From: an uncultured Desulfobacterales bacterium
GTDB lineage: Bacteria; Desulfobacterota; Desulfobacteria; Desulfobacterales; JBDRRP01
Assembly (NCBI GenBank): GCA_964446485.1
Contig: CAYUOU010000007.1
Location: forward strand, 7,826 to 71,825
Direction: 5' to 3'
Length of the DNA stretch: 64,000 bases
The translations under genes and the position numbers were made by a program. Shown here piece after piece: positions 1 to 9,157 of this stretch (positions are counted from its first letter, which is position 1; the number at the start of each line of letters is the position of its first letter). The notes beneath the pieces are model-generated. The model saw only the letters and a program-made list of their open reading frames with translations, ran no database searches and was not told the origin of the DNA.

Positions 1-1184
1 CAGTCAATCTGCACCGGGAGTTCCTTTACCACCGGCTGATCCAGGGTCACTTCAACGACTTCGGGATCCACATGCTTCAGGACAACCCCTGGCGGCAGGG
101 TGATGTTTTCGAAGGAAATGCCAACGCTGTTCGTGCCTGGAGAGGCGCGTCCCAAGTCGAGCCGAACCTTCATCTGATCGGGGTGAAGGTTGCGCAACAG
201 GGGGCCGCTGCCGCCGAGGCTCAGACTCACCGTGTTGGCGGACGATTTGATGATCTCCACGTCAGGATTTCGCTTAATGTATTCGATGGGCACATCAACA
301 GTGACAATGGACTCCAACCCCCTGGAGAAGGTAAACCATACAACGGCCACGACGATGACCGACAGTGCCGCCGAAAACGCCATGCGGGCCCGCTCCGATT
401 TCTGTCTGTCTTCCTTGGCCGCGGAGCCGATGCCGTGATCCAAGAGCAGTCGGCTCAGCGCCGACCGATTCGCCGCCGCTTCAATCTGCCCTCCCACGGC
501 CACCCCTACCTGCCCCCGCTCTTCGCTGACCACAATAACCAGAGCATCGGTCATCTCCGTCAGGCCGATGGCCGCCCGGTGCCGCGTGCCGTATGATTGG
601 GGCATGTCGGTGTCATGAGAGAGCGGCAGGATGACACCCGCGCGCTCAATGCGGTCACCGTAGATGAGCACCGCACCATCGTGCAGCGGTGCGCCGGTCC
701 AAAAAAGATTGGCCAGCAATTCAGTGGACAAGTGCGCATCCAGCTTCTCGCCGCCCTGAACCACATCGTCTAATGCTTCCTTGGCCTGCAGCACTATCAG
801 GGCGCCCACGCGCCGCCGGGCCAGAAAGAAAACCGCTTCGACAATGGCCTCGGAGGGCACGCTGGTCAGTCGGTAGGGCGTCCCCCACAAAATGGCACGC
901 AGGTTCTGAGCCTGGAGGACACTGCGGATTTCATTACGAAAAACGACGATAATGATAAGGGCGGCAACTGCAATAATGCCTTGCAGCACCCAGCTGGTCA
1001 CGATCAGTCCAAGCCAGAGCGCAACCTGCTGCAAAATCCACAGCAACACGATCCCGGTGATGATCCGAAAGACATTGGTGCCCCGGAAAAGCGCGTACAG
1101 CCGGAAAAGGATGAAGCTGTTGAGGGCGATATCGGCGATATCTTGCCAGCGGAAACCTTTGATGATGGTTGAGAGAATATCCAT
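1..1184 (-). CDS. cdaA: Diadenylate cyclase CdaA fused in frame to a TM segment and a YbbR/CdaR-like domain (3' end runs off the window)
   Basis: My own minus-strand translation from ATG at 1184 gives MDILSTIIKGFRWQDIADIALNSFILFRLY, then three hydrophobic helices. The DisA_N motifs follow: APLHDGAVLIYGDRIERAG and GTRHRAAIGLTEMTDALVIVVSEERGQV. The frame stays open through AFSAALSVIVVAVVWFTF and VTVDVPIEYIKRNPDVEI (YbbR-like) to position 1. It is absent from the ORF track only because no stop lies in the window. Confidence 0.8.
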   Translation of the reverse strand, partial: MDILSTIIKGFRWQDIADIALNSFILFRLYALFRGTNVFRIITGIVLLWILQQVALWLGLIVTSWVLQGIIAVAALIIIVVFRNEIRSVLQAQNLRAILWGTPYRLTSVPSEAIVEAVFFLARRRVGALIVLQAKEALDDVVQGGEKLDAHLSTELLANLFWTGAPLHDGAVLIYGDRIERAGVILPLSHDTDMPQSYGTRHRAAIGLTEMTDALVIVVSEERGQVGVAVGGQIEAAANRSALSRLLLDHGIGSAAKEDRQKSERARMAFSAALSVIVVAVVWFTFSRGLESIVTVDVPIEYIKRNPDVEIIKSSANTVSLSLGGSGPLLRNLHPDQMKVRLDLGRASPGTNSVGISFENITLPPGVVLKHVDPEVVEVTLDQPVVKELPVQID

Positions 1185-1188
1185 AGCG

Positions 1189-1803
1189 CTATTGTACAAT
1201 GCTGAATCGCAGGGTGTGCATCACGGAACCCGCGGCGTCGATAATGTCTACCCGCCAGGGGCCGATATCAGCCTGACGCGGCTGAATGCTGGAAACCGTC
1301 GCCCACTTCGGCGGCCGCAGATGAAGGCGTTTGGTGGTGACAAGCTGGTCCCGAAAATACCACTGGTGCATGATCTCGGTTTTTTTGGGCACCGGATCAA
1401 AGGCGGTAAAACACGATACCTTTCCGATGGAAACTGAAAAAACGACTGCCGGCACTTTCGGTTTGTACGACTCGATCGCTTCGCACATGGTCGCTTGCTC
1501 GAGGGTCAACGCCTTTTTCGCCTCGGCGGCGGGGGCCGGCGCCTCGGCCCTGGCACCGCCAGGCAACGCACCGCCATGCCAGATCAGCACCAGGGCGGCA
1601 GTCACGGCGATCAATCGGTTGAGGCCCCCCCGCAGCAAAAAGCCGCTGGGAGTTATCGGCCTGGCCGCCGTGCATCGAAACCCGATGCCACCTTCTGCCA
1701 AGCGATTGGGGTCGCCATCCCCGCACCAAGACAGCGCGACGCGGTCACGTCGCGCTGCAACCGGAGAAATCGCGACCCATGGCTTTTCTGCCTGTTTTGT
1801 CAT
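1189..1803 (-). CDS. Membrane-anchored/secreted protein with a C-terminal DUF2914-like domain
   Basis: 204-aa ORF with a hydrophobic stretch LNRLIAVTAALVLIW. The C-terminal pattern VSCFTAF...IMHQWYFRDQLV...RPPKWATVSS...GPWRVDIIDAAGSVMHTLRF resembles DUF2914 as I recall it. Its stop at 1189 lies 5 nt before the cdaA start. Confidence 0.55.
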   Translation of the reverse strand: MTKQAEKPWVAISPVAARRDRVALSWCGDGDPNRLAEGGIGFRCTAARPITPSGFLLRGGLNRLIAVTAALVLIWHGGALPGGARAEAPAPAAEAKKALTLEQATMCEAIESYKPKVPAVVFSVSIGKVSCFTAFDPVPKKTEIMHQWYFRDQLVTTKRLHLRPPKWATVSSIQPRQADIGPWRVDIIDAAGSVMHTLRFSIVQ

Positions 1804-2035
1804 GAAAAACGCCTTCCCTGAGGGGTTTACGCCAAGGAAGGTTACGCTTTTTTATAAAAGATTCAAGAGATTTCCCCGCCTCTCTCCCGCAAAAGGCCGC
1901 CACAGCCAAGATCGCGGTTCTCCCTTCGCTGTCGCAAGTAGGCGCTGCCCCATCGTTTGCAGTAGGTCGAGCTTCGGCTTCGCCCTTGGCGTCTTTGCTA
2001 TGTAACCCTCCGTCTTTTGCAACGTTGGGGGTTAC

Positions 2036-2064
2036 TTGACATATCAGCCGGCGTTTTCTATGAT
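2036..2064 (+). promoter_or_regulatory. Sigma70-like promoter TTGACA-17 nt-TATGAT
   Basis: TTGACA at 2036-2041, an exact 17-nt spacer, and TATGAT at 2059-2064. It sits in the intergenic region about 175 nt upstream of the 2238 ORF. Confidence 0.45.
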
Positions 2065-2237
2065 CTAAGGGCATCGAAGTTCTTCCCCGAGTGTATAGAC
2101 ACCCCCAATATCGCCGGCATAACGCGGCGTGTGCCTGCCGATGCCAAGCCGCGTCGCTGGTTTAACGAAAGGTTTGATGTGGGCCGGAAGCATTCCGGTG
2201 CGGGGTCTACCATGCCATAACGAAAAGGCTATAGCCC

Positions 2238-2687
2238 ATGCGACACAAGTACCTCATCACAATCGCCAAAGATCAACAAGAACTGCTCATCAGCGAGCAA
2301 GCTGAAGTAGACCGTGATATTTTTATGCCACTTTGCGAAGAAACGTTTTCCCTGGCGGAACTTCGTGAAGCCGCGGCCGATGGAGAAGCATCCCTTGTGG
2401 CCTCCCTGCGCTCTGACAATTTCTATCCCCCGCTGGAAAATGCCACGCAGATTGCCGTGATCGTCACTGAAATGCTCAAGTCCGAAGACCCAGAACGGCG
2501 GGAGCTGCTCATCGACGATCGTCAAGTGATGGCTGAGGCTGAGGCTGCGGAAGCGGCGGCGGCGGCGGCGGCGGTAAAGGCGCTCCCATCCGATGACGAA
2601 GACCTCGACGATCTGCTGGAGGATGATGCGGCACCGCCGATCCCAGTAAATAGCGATGAGAGCAGCGGTGAAAAAGAAGACAACTAA
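2238..2687 (+). CDS. Hypothetical acidic protein with poly-Ala/Asp-Glu-rich tail
   Basis: 149-aa ORF with AAAAGG 8 nt upstream of the ATG. No family recognised. It contains a (GCG)7 tract. Confidence 0.55.
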   Translation: MRHKYLITIAKDQQELLISEQAEVDRDIFMPLCEETFSLAELREAAADGEASLVASLRSDNFYPPLENATQIAVIVTEMLKSEDPERRELLIDDRQVMAEAEAAEAAAAAAAVKALPSDDEDLDDLLEDDAAPPIPVNSDESSGEKEDN

Positions 2688-2716
2688 GGGCTCGCGCTGC
2701 GCTGCGCACCCCTGAC

Positions 2717-2953
2717 ATGATGAGGAGGTATCCCATTTCAGTCAAGATCCCTGAGAACCTGTTTTATGACATCGTCGATCTTTTGCGTGAGCCCAAATCC
2801 TTGGCCCCGCTGGCTCAAGAATGCACCCTGCCTCTCGACGATCGAAATACCGTATTGGATCAGTTGCTCGTTATTCGCCGGCATTTGGTCCGAAATGCCG
2901 GGCGCCCCATCGTAATGTCCCCTGACGGCACCCTGAAAGTCCATCCGAATTAG
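2717..2953 (+). CDS. Hypothetical small protein
   Basis: 78-aa ORF immediately after the 2238 ORF on the same strand. No family recognised. Confidence 0.45.
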   Translation: MMRRYPISVKIPENLFYDIVDLLREPKSLAPLAQECTLPLDDRNTVLDQLLVIRRHLVRNAGRPIVMSPDGTLKVHPN

Positions 2954-3321
2954 ATCCACCCTTCCCAGAAGGCCCTGACACCAATCACGCTCGCGATCAC
3001 GCTGCGCCGCCAACGAAACGACCCCACCGGCAGGTCGATGGAGAATCGACTTGCCTGCCCCCGGGTTTCTGGTAGACTAAGTCGTCTCCATCCATAAGTG
3101 CTCCTCCCCTGGCGGGGGGGGATAGGGGCGGGCCGGCATAAGATTATCATTACTTATCGACGGGCTGTCACCCCTGCATCAAGGGATAGGGGGCATGAGG
3201 CTTCCCACGGATGAGCGCTAAAGGTTCGGGTGACGCAACCTTGGATTCACCCCTATGCATCGCCGGCGGCACCCGTACAATGAAAGGCAACCACAATCAG
3301 ACTCAGAGCGAAGGAGGGCAA

Positions 3322-4113
3322 ATGGGGGCATCCGGTAACGAATCGATTGACGAACTGGTCGGATTTGCGAGAGAGACACTAACCCAACTGGGGGACGAAT
3401 CGCTGAGCTACTACGGCCGGCACGAAGCCGGTAAGCGATTCGACGAGGATTTGATCACCACTGCCGAGATCCACCTCCGCGAACTGTTCGACCATCTTGT
3501 GGCGGCCCGCTTTCCCCAGCATCGTGTCTTCGACGATGGCCCAGTCAACGATACCTACACCCATGACTCCACCCGATATCTGTGGATTTTCGACCCCATC
3601 GACGGCGTCGACAATTTCCAGGCTGGGATTCCCATCTGGGGCCAGTCACTTGCGCTCTTGGACAATTTCTGGCCGATCCTGGGTATGTTTTACATGCCGG
3701 CAACGAGTGACCGCTTCCATGCGCTGGCAGGAGGTTCCGCCTACCACGGGAACACTGTTATTTCCATCTCCGATGAAACCAACGATATCGATGACGAGAG
3801 CATTCTGCTGACATTCAGTCGCTTCCATCAACATTACACGCCGCGATTCCCGGGCAAAATCAGAAATCTCGGCTGCACCGCTGCACACGTTTGCTATGTG
3901 GCCCACGGCCGTGCGGACGCCGCCCTGATTGCAAATGAGTCCTACCGTGATCTGGCCGCCACCCGGGTCATCCTGGAGGCCGCCGGCGGCAAAATGTTTA
4001 AGATGGACGGCGGCGAGTTCTTCCTCAACGAATATCTTGACGGAGACCGTATTGGAGAGCATCTTCTGGTGGTCCCGCCGAGTCGCTATGCCAGTGTACG
4101 TGAATGCCTCTGA
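3322..4113 (+). CDS. Inositol monophosphatase family protein
   Basis: IMPase motifs WIFDPIDGVDNF and ILEAAGGK are present. I chose the start at ATG 3322 because of a strong SD (AAGGAGG 5 nt upstream), giving about 263 aa. The ORF track starts earlier, at 3211. Confidence 0.8.
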   Translation: MGASGNESIDELVGFARETLTQLGDESLSYYGRHEAGKRFDEDLITTAEIHLRELFDHLVAARFPQHRVFDDGPVNDTYTHDSTRYLWIFDPIDGVDNFQAGIPIWGQSLALLDNFWPILGMFYMPATSDRFHALAGGSAYHGNTVISISDETNDIDDESILLTFSRFHQHYTPRFPGKIRNLGCTAAHVCYVAHGRADAALIANESYRDLAATRVILEAAGGKMFKMDGGEFFLNEYLDGDRIGEHLLVVPPSRYASVRECL

Positions 4114-4136
4114 CCGATTGCTGAAAGGAGACGGTA

Positions 4137-5889
4137 TTGAGAACCGGTGATAACAGCCAATCACGGTCCTTTGCCCAACGGCGGTCCTGGAAAGAGTGTT
4201 GTCGGCGGTGGGCCGCCATTGCCGCATGTGCGTGGTTCATGGGCACTTCGCCCGCCGGTGCCATCACCGTCCTGACGGAGGAACGCCCCCCATTGAGTAC
4301 CACGGCATCCGGTCGTGCCGACGGTTTTTCAGTGGAAGTTGTGCAAGCAATCCTCAACCGCCTCTCAGAAAAACACCTATTCAATTTCAACCGTGGGCCA
4401 GGGCTTACAAGACGGCTCTGGACACACCGAACGTGGTCTTGTTCACCGTCACCCGGCTACCGGAACGTGAAGACCGATTCCACTGGATCGGCCCACTTCT
4501 TGTGGCCCACAACGGCTTTTACGCCCTGCGTGATAACACCATTCAGATCAACTCCCTGGACGATGCCCGTAAGGCCCAGGCCATCGCCACATACCGGGAC
4601 GACGCCCGTGATCAGATGCTCACCGGCCTTGGGTTTACCAACCTGGATCGAGCCGATTCCCCGGATGCCTGCCTGAAAAAACTCGCTGGCGGTCGCGTGC
4701 AGCTGTGGCTGAGCGACAGCCTCACCCTGCCTGCAGTTGCCCGACGAAACGGTCTGTCCGGTGACAGGTTTAAGCTGGCGTTCGCGTTCCGCAGCCTCGA
4801 TCTTTACATCGCGCTGTCAAATGACACGCCCGTCTCCACGGCGACGCAATGGCAGCAGACGCTGGACGACATCAAGACCGAAGAGATCCAGCATGTCGAG
4901 CTCTCGGGCATTGCCAATCGGTTCGCCACCATGGCCGCTGAGATCAGACTACGCGAGTTTTCGCTCCAGCAGTTGAATCTGAACCTGCAGGATGAAATCG
5001 AAGAGCGAAAACGCGCCGAGGCCACTATCTGCGACAGTGAAGCAAAAAGCCTGGCTTTGCTCGACGCCCTGCCGGATACGGTATTTCAGGTTGACCGAGA
5101 TGGCCGCTTCATCGACTTCAAAGGAACGCCGGGAGACGGTTTTCCTAACCATGCAGCCGTAATGGGAAGAACCTTGTCGGCCGTCATGCCGGCGCCGGTG
5201 GCTGCGCCGCTGATGGAGAAGCTTCAGGCGGCATTCTCGTCGCCATCACCCCAGATTCATGAGTATTCCGTGGAGATGAAAGCGGGGATGGCTTTCTACG
5301 AGGCGCGCCTGGTGGCGGTGGACCAACAGCTGGCAGTGGGCGTCGTGCGGAACATTACCGAAAAAATCCGGATGGATCAGGAGAAAATCGCCCTTGAGGC
5401 AGACCTCCGCCAGGCGCACAAAATGGAGGCCGTCGGCACCCTGGACAAGGTGCTATCGGCCACAGAAAGAGCCAAAACCATGGTCAACCAGATCTTGGCA
5501 TTCAGCAGATCCTCACGAACCTGTGCACCAACGCGGCCCACGCCATGGAAGACAATGGCGGGGTGTTATCCATATCCATGACACCCATCACCCTTCCCCC
5601 GGCGGAGAACGGCGCTCAATATCCCGACTTGAAGCCCGGCCCGCATGTTCAGGTATCGGTCACCGATACCGGCCAAGGAATCGCCCCCGAAATCCAGGAA
5701 CGAATCTTCGCCCCCTATTTTACCAACAAAGCCCCTGGCAAAGGCACCGGCGGCATTCAAGGCGGCCCCCAACGACGTCGATGCGGCATGTCACGACACA
5801 GGAGCGGCGTGGCGATGCGCCCGCGTCGCCACGCCGGCACCGGCGCCAAGAATTGCTGCACCACCATTGCCCATGTTGATATTTCATGA
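4137..5889 (+). pseudogene. Decayed sensor histidine kinase (periplasmic SBP_bac_3-like domain + PAS + remnants of HisKA/HATPase_c)
   Basis: The coding signal passes through all three forward frames. Frame 0 (TTG 4137, SD AAGGAG) encodes a signal peptide and ITVLTEERPPL...FSVEVVQAILNRL. Frame 2 encodes IQFQPWARAYKTALDTPNVVLFTVTRLPEREDRFHWIGPL, a PAS domain and QAHKMEAVGTL. Frame 1 encodes the N-box IQQILTNLCTNAAHAMEDNGG, then DTGQGI and GKGTG. The H-box (AGGIAHDFNN-type) is missing between GTL and DKVLSATERAK. Confidence 0.6.
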
Positions 5890-5986
5890 AGTATTGGTTA
5901 TGACTCCAAAGCCCTGAGCCGAAAGTCGGGGCACCTGCCACGCGTCATACAATGCGCCACCCACGACAACGGATAAGGGAAATATT

Positions 5987-7693
5987 GTGAGCCTCTTTGG
6001 CACCACCACACGCATCCGCAGCCTACGACGCTTTGGTAAAATCTCCAGAGTTCTCTTGCGGCACGGTCTCGGCGATATCCGCGACCGACTTCGCCGCGGT
6101 TCCGGCGACACGGGCGAGCCGCTGCCGCCCGCACTCTGGTCCCAGTATCTTTCACCGGTACGCCTGCGGCAGATGCTGGAGGAACTCGGCCCCAGCTTCA
6201 TCAAGCTGGGGCAGCTCATGAGCACTCGGGCGGACGTGCTCCCCCTGGCCTACATCGAAGAACTCAAGAAACTCCAGGACCAGGTTCCGCCAGTGCCATA
6301 CGAAGCCATTCAGCAGGTGGTGGAATCTGAGCTGGGCCGACCCCTGGACAAAATCTTCTATTCCTTTTCAACAGCACCGCTGGCGGCGGCATCCGTGGCT
6401 CAGGTGCATCGAGCGGAATGCTACACCGGAGAGCAGGTGGCCGTAAAGGTGCTTCGCCCGGGCATTGCCGCCACCATTCGAGACGATATCCGTCTCATGT
6501 ATTATTTTGCCAGGCACCTGGAGAAGTCATCCGAATTCGGACGGCTCATCGGCGCCGTGGCCATCGTCAAAGAATTCGAGCGTACCATCTTTCGCGAGCT
6601 GGACCTGCTCATTGAAGCCGGAACCATGGAGAAGTTCGCATCCAACTTCAAGCGATCGGAAGAGATCCACATTCCGGAGGTTTTCTGGGAACTCTCCACC
6701 AAACACGTGCTGGTCATGGGTTTCGTCGATGGCGTAAAAATGGACGATCTCGGAGGCATTCGCGAAATGGGAATCGCTCCCAAAGACGTGGCCCTCATCG
6801 GCCTCCGTGCATTCAGCCGCCAGTTGATGGAGTTCGGCCTCTTTCACGCCGACCCGCATCCGGCCAACACCATCGTCATGGCCGATGGCCGCGTGGCCCT
6901 GGTTGATTTCGGCATTACGGGTTACCTTGACGACGAGATGATGTTGCAAACGGCGTTTTTGCTGCTTGGCTATGCCGAACACGATTACAACATGATCCTC
7001 TCGGCACTTGAGGAGTCGGGTATCGTCGACCCTACCCGGATAGACATGCGCCGGTTCCGCGCTGACCTCAAAGACATGAGCGAGCCCTTCTATGGGCGCA
7101 ACCTGCAGACCGTTTCGGTGAAAGACGTCGCCGAGCAGATCATGCACCTCATCTACAAATACCGCATCCAACTGCCCCGCAACCTGCTCCTGCTGTTAAA
7201 GACCTTCATCCAAACGGAGGCCCTGGGAAAAATTCTCGGCAGTGACGCCAGCCTCCTGGAAGTCACCCGCCCCTATGCCCGGCGCCTGATCAGGAAGGGC
7301 TACGATGCCCAGCGCGTGCTGCACCATTTGGGGACCGGTGCGCACGGCCTTTTTGCCCAGATGCGACGATTGCCGCGGGATCTGCACCAAATTCTAAGAC
7401 GCATCGCGGAGGGCCGGCACCGGATTCAGATGGACCATGCCGGCTTTGACGACATCTCCGTCAAGCTGGAAAAGGGGCTCAATCGGTTCATCGTCGGCAT
7501 CATCATCGCCGCGTCCACCATCGCCGGGTCGCTGGTGCTCAACGCGCCGCCCGATGTGTTCAACGTCCAGCTCTCGTTCTTCGGTAACGGTGACGTCTCC
7601 CTCACCGGCCTGCTGGGCGTAACCGGTTATTCGATCGCTACCATTCTCGGGATCTGGCTCATTGGGTCCATTTTTCGTTCCGGTAAGCTGTGA
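5987..7693 (+). CDS. ABC1/AarF/UbiB-family atypical kinase with two C-terminal TM helices
   Basis: Family motifs LGPSFIKLGQLMSTRADVLPLAYIEELKKLQDQVPP, AAASVAQVHRA, VAVKVLRPGI and HADPHPANT. GTG start. Confidence 0.85.
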   Translation: MSLFGTTTRIRSLRRFGKISRVLLRHGLGDIRDRLRRGSGDTGEPLPPALWSQYLSPVRLRQMLEELGPSFIKLGQLMSTRADVLPLAYIEELKKLQDQVPPVPYEAIQQVVESELGRPLDKIFYSFSTAPLAAASVAQVHRAECYTGEQVAVKVLRPGIAATIRDDIRLMYYFARHLEKSSEFGRLIGAVAIVKEFERTIFRELDLLIEAGTMEKFASNFKRSEEIHIPEVFWELSTKHVLVMGFVDGVKMDDLGGIREMGIAPKDVALIGLRAFSRQLMEFGLFHADPHPANTIVMADGRVALVDFGITGYLDDEMMLQTAFLLLGYAEHDYNMILSALEESGIVDPTRIDMRRFRADLKDMSEPFYGRNLQTVSVKDVAEQIMHLIYKYRIQLPRNLLLLLKTFIQTEALGKILGSDASLLEVTRPYARRLIRKGYDAQRVLHHLGTGAHGLFAQMRRLPRDLHQILRRIAEGRHRIQMDHAGFDDISVKLEKGLNRFIVGIIIAASTIAGSLVLNAPPDVFNVQLSFFGNGDVSLTGLLGVTGYSIATILGIWLIGSIFRSGKL

Positions 7694-7795
7694 GCCGGGA
7701 CGCATGCGTTGCAAAATCTCCGTTTCGCCGCGACAATACTTGCCGGCGAACGCAAGTCGAGCGGTGGCGGGGAATGCGCCCGCTGCACGGGTTGA

Positions 7796-9157
7796 ATGAC
7801 AACAAAGAGAGAAGTCCGCATGTCCAGAAAAACCGTTTGGGGATGGGCACTCTACGACTGGGCCAACTCCGCGTTCGCAACGACGGTCATGGCGGGCTTC
7901 TTTCCGGTCTTTTTCAAGGAGTATTGGAGCTACGGGTCGGACGTCAATCTCAGTACGGCCCAATTGGGCATCGGCAACAGTATTGCCAGTCTGCTGGTGG
8001 CGCTCATGGCGCCCGCGCTGGGGGCAATTGCCGACCACGGTGGCCGGAAAAAAGCCTTCATGCTGACATTTGCCTACTTCGGCGTCCTTATGACGGCCGG
8101 GTTGTTTCTCGTGGGCAAAGGCCAATGGATGTTGGCCATTTTTGTCTATTCCGGGGGGGTCATCGGGTTCTCGGGTGCCAATGTCTTCTACGACGCCCTG
8201 CTGCCGTCCGTGGCCGCTGCCGACCGAATCGACCGCATCTCCAGTTTCGGATTCTCCATGGGCTATCTGGGCGGCGGACTGCTGTTCCTGGTCAACGTGG
8301 CCATGACCCTGAAACCAGCGCTGTTCGGCCTGCCCGATGCGGCCACCGCCGTCAGGCTGTCATTTCTGAGCGTTGCGGTGTGGTGGGGCGGCTTTACCTT
8401 TTTCACTGCGGTCTGGGTGCCGGAAACGACGGTGAAGGGCCGCCCATCGGGTCTGGCGCTGGTCAGACAAGGCTTTGCGCGGCTGGCGACCACGGTAACC
8501 CACCTGCGTCACCTCAAATCCGTGGGGCTCTTTCTTCTGGCATATTGGTGCTACATCGACGGGGTCGACACCATCATCCGGATGGCCGTGGACTATGGCA
8601 TGTCGCTCGGCTTTGCCTCAAGCGATCTCATCCTCGCCTTGCTCATCGTTCAGTTTGTGGGCTTTCCGGCCGCCCTGGCCTTCGGGTGGCTCAGCCAGAA
8701 ATGGGGGATTCGCCAGGCCATTTACCTGGCCATCGTCATCTACATGGGCATCACCGTCTGGGGCACCATGATGCGCCACAAGAGCGAGTTCTATCTGTTG
8801 GCTGTGGTCATTGGATTGGTACAGGGGGGCATTCAGGCGCTGAGCCGATCCTACTACGCCAGGCTGATACCCGAAGAAAAGGCCGCCGAATTTTACGGGT
8901 TCTATAACATGCTGGGCAAATTCGCCGCCATCGTCGGTCCCGCCCTCATGGGCATCGTGGGGCTGAGCGTGCGGCGGCTGATCATGCCCGTAGACCCGTC
9001 GGCGGCTGACATGACGGCCGTTGGGCAACTCGCCACGCGCTGGAGCATGGGCTCGCTGCTGGTGCTGTTTATCGCCGGCCTGGTGCTCTTCTCCAGGGTA
9101 GACGAAACAAAAGCCAAGGCGGAAGTCGCCGCGATGCGGGCATCAACAGAGCGCTGA
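7796..9157 (+). CDS. MFS transporter, UMF1/Atg22-like family
   Basis: N-terminal WALYDWANSAFATTVMAGFFPVFFKEYW and multiple TM segments. An alternative start at ATG 7820 (MSRKTVWGW) is equally plausible. Confidence 0.8.
   Translation: MTTKREVRMSRKTVWGWALYDWANSAFATTVMAGFFPVFFKEYWSYGSDVNLSTAQLGIGNSIASLLVALMAPALGAIADHGGRKKAFMLTFAYFGVLMTAGLFLVGKGQWMLAIFVYSGGVIGFSGANVFYDALLPSVAAADRIDRISSFGFSMGYLGGGLLFLVNVAMTLKPALFGLPDAATAVRLSFLSVAVWWGGFTFFTAVWVPETTVKGRPSGLALVRQGFARLATTVTHLRHLKSVGLFLLAYWCYIDGVDTIIRMAVDYGMSLGFASSDLILALLIVQFVGFPAALAFGWLSQKWGIRQAIYLAIVIYMGITVWGTMMRHKSEFYLLAVVIGLVQGGIQALSRSYYARLIPEEKAAEFYGFYNMLGKFAAIVGPALMGIVGLSVRRLIMPVDPSAADMTAVGQLATRWSMGSLLVLFIAGLVLFSRVDETKAKAEVAAMRASTER

Noticed and set aside
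72-1437. Plus-strand ORFs 72-596, 689-952 and 952-1437 from the ORF track.
   Set aside because: They overlap the minus-strand cdaA-ybbR frame, which carries clear DisA_N motifs. They have no recognisable features of their own.
2016-2030. A 13-mer TGCAACGTTGGGG (containing the palindrome CAACGTTG) shared between the 2036 promoter region and the sulP leader (20015-20027). I considered it as a common operator.
   Set aside because: Tens of chance 13-mer matches are expected among all position pairs in a 64-kb window on two strands. Two occurrences are not significant without conservation data.
2553-2573. A (GCG)7 trinucleotide tract in the 2238 ORF, plus a G8 run at 16261-16268 between the 52-aa ORF and murJ. 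Both were considered as phase-variation sites.
   Set aside because: (GCG)7 changes length in frame (poly-Ala) and G8 is intergenic. Without population or read-length heterogeneity data there is no evidence of switching.
3029-3055. An 11-bp stem hairpin (GGCAGGTCGAT-ggaga-ATCGACTTGCC) after the 2717-2953 ORF, considered as a terminator.
   Set aside because: There is no adjacent U-tract (only TTT 12 nt downstream). The evidence is insufficient to call an intrinsic terminator.
9143-9157. A 15-nt overlap of the convergent 3' ends of the MFS transporter and GDPD genes.
   Set aside because: This is common in compact genomes. No hairpin or other signal was seen, so it was not pursued.
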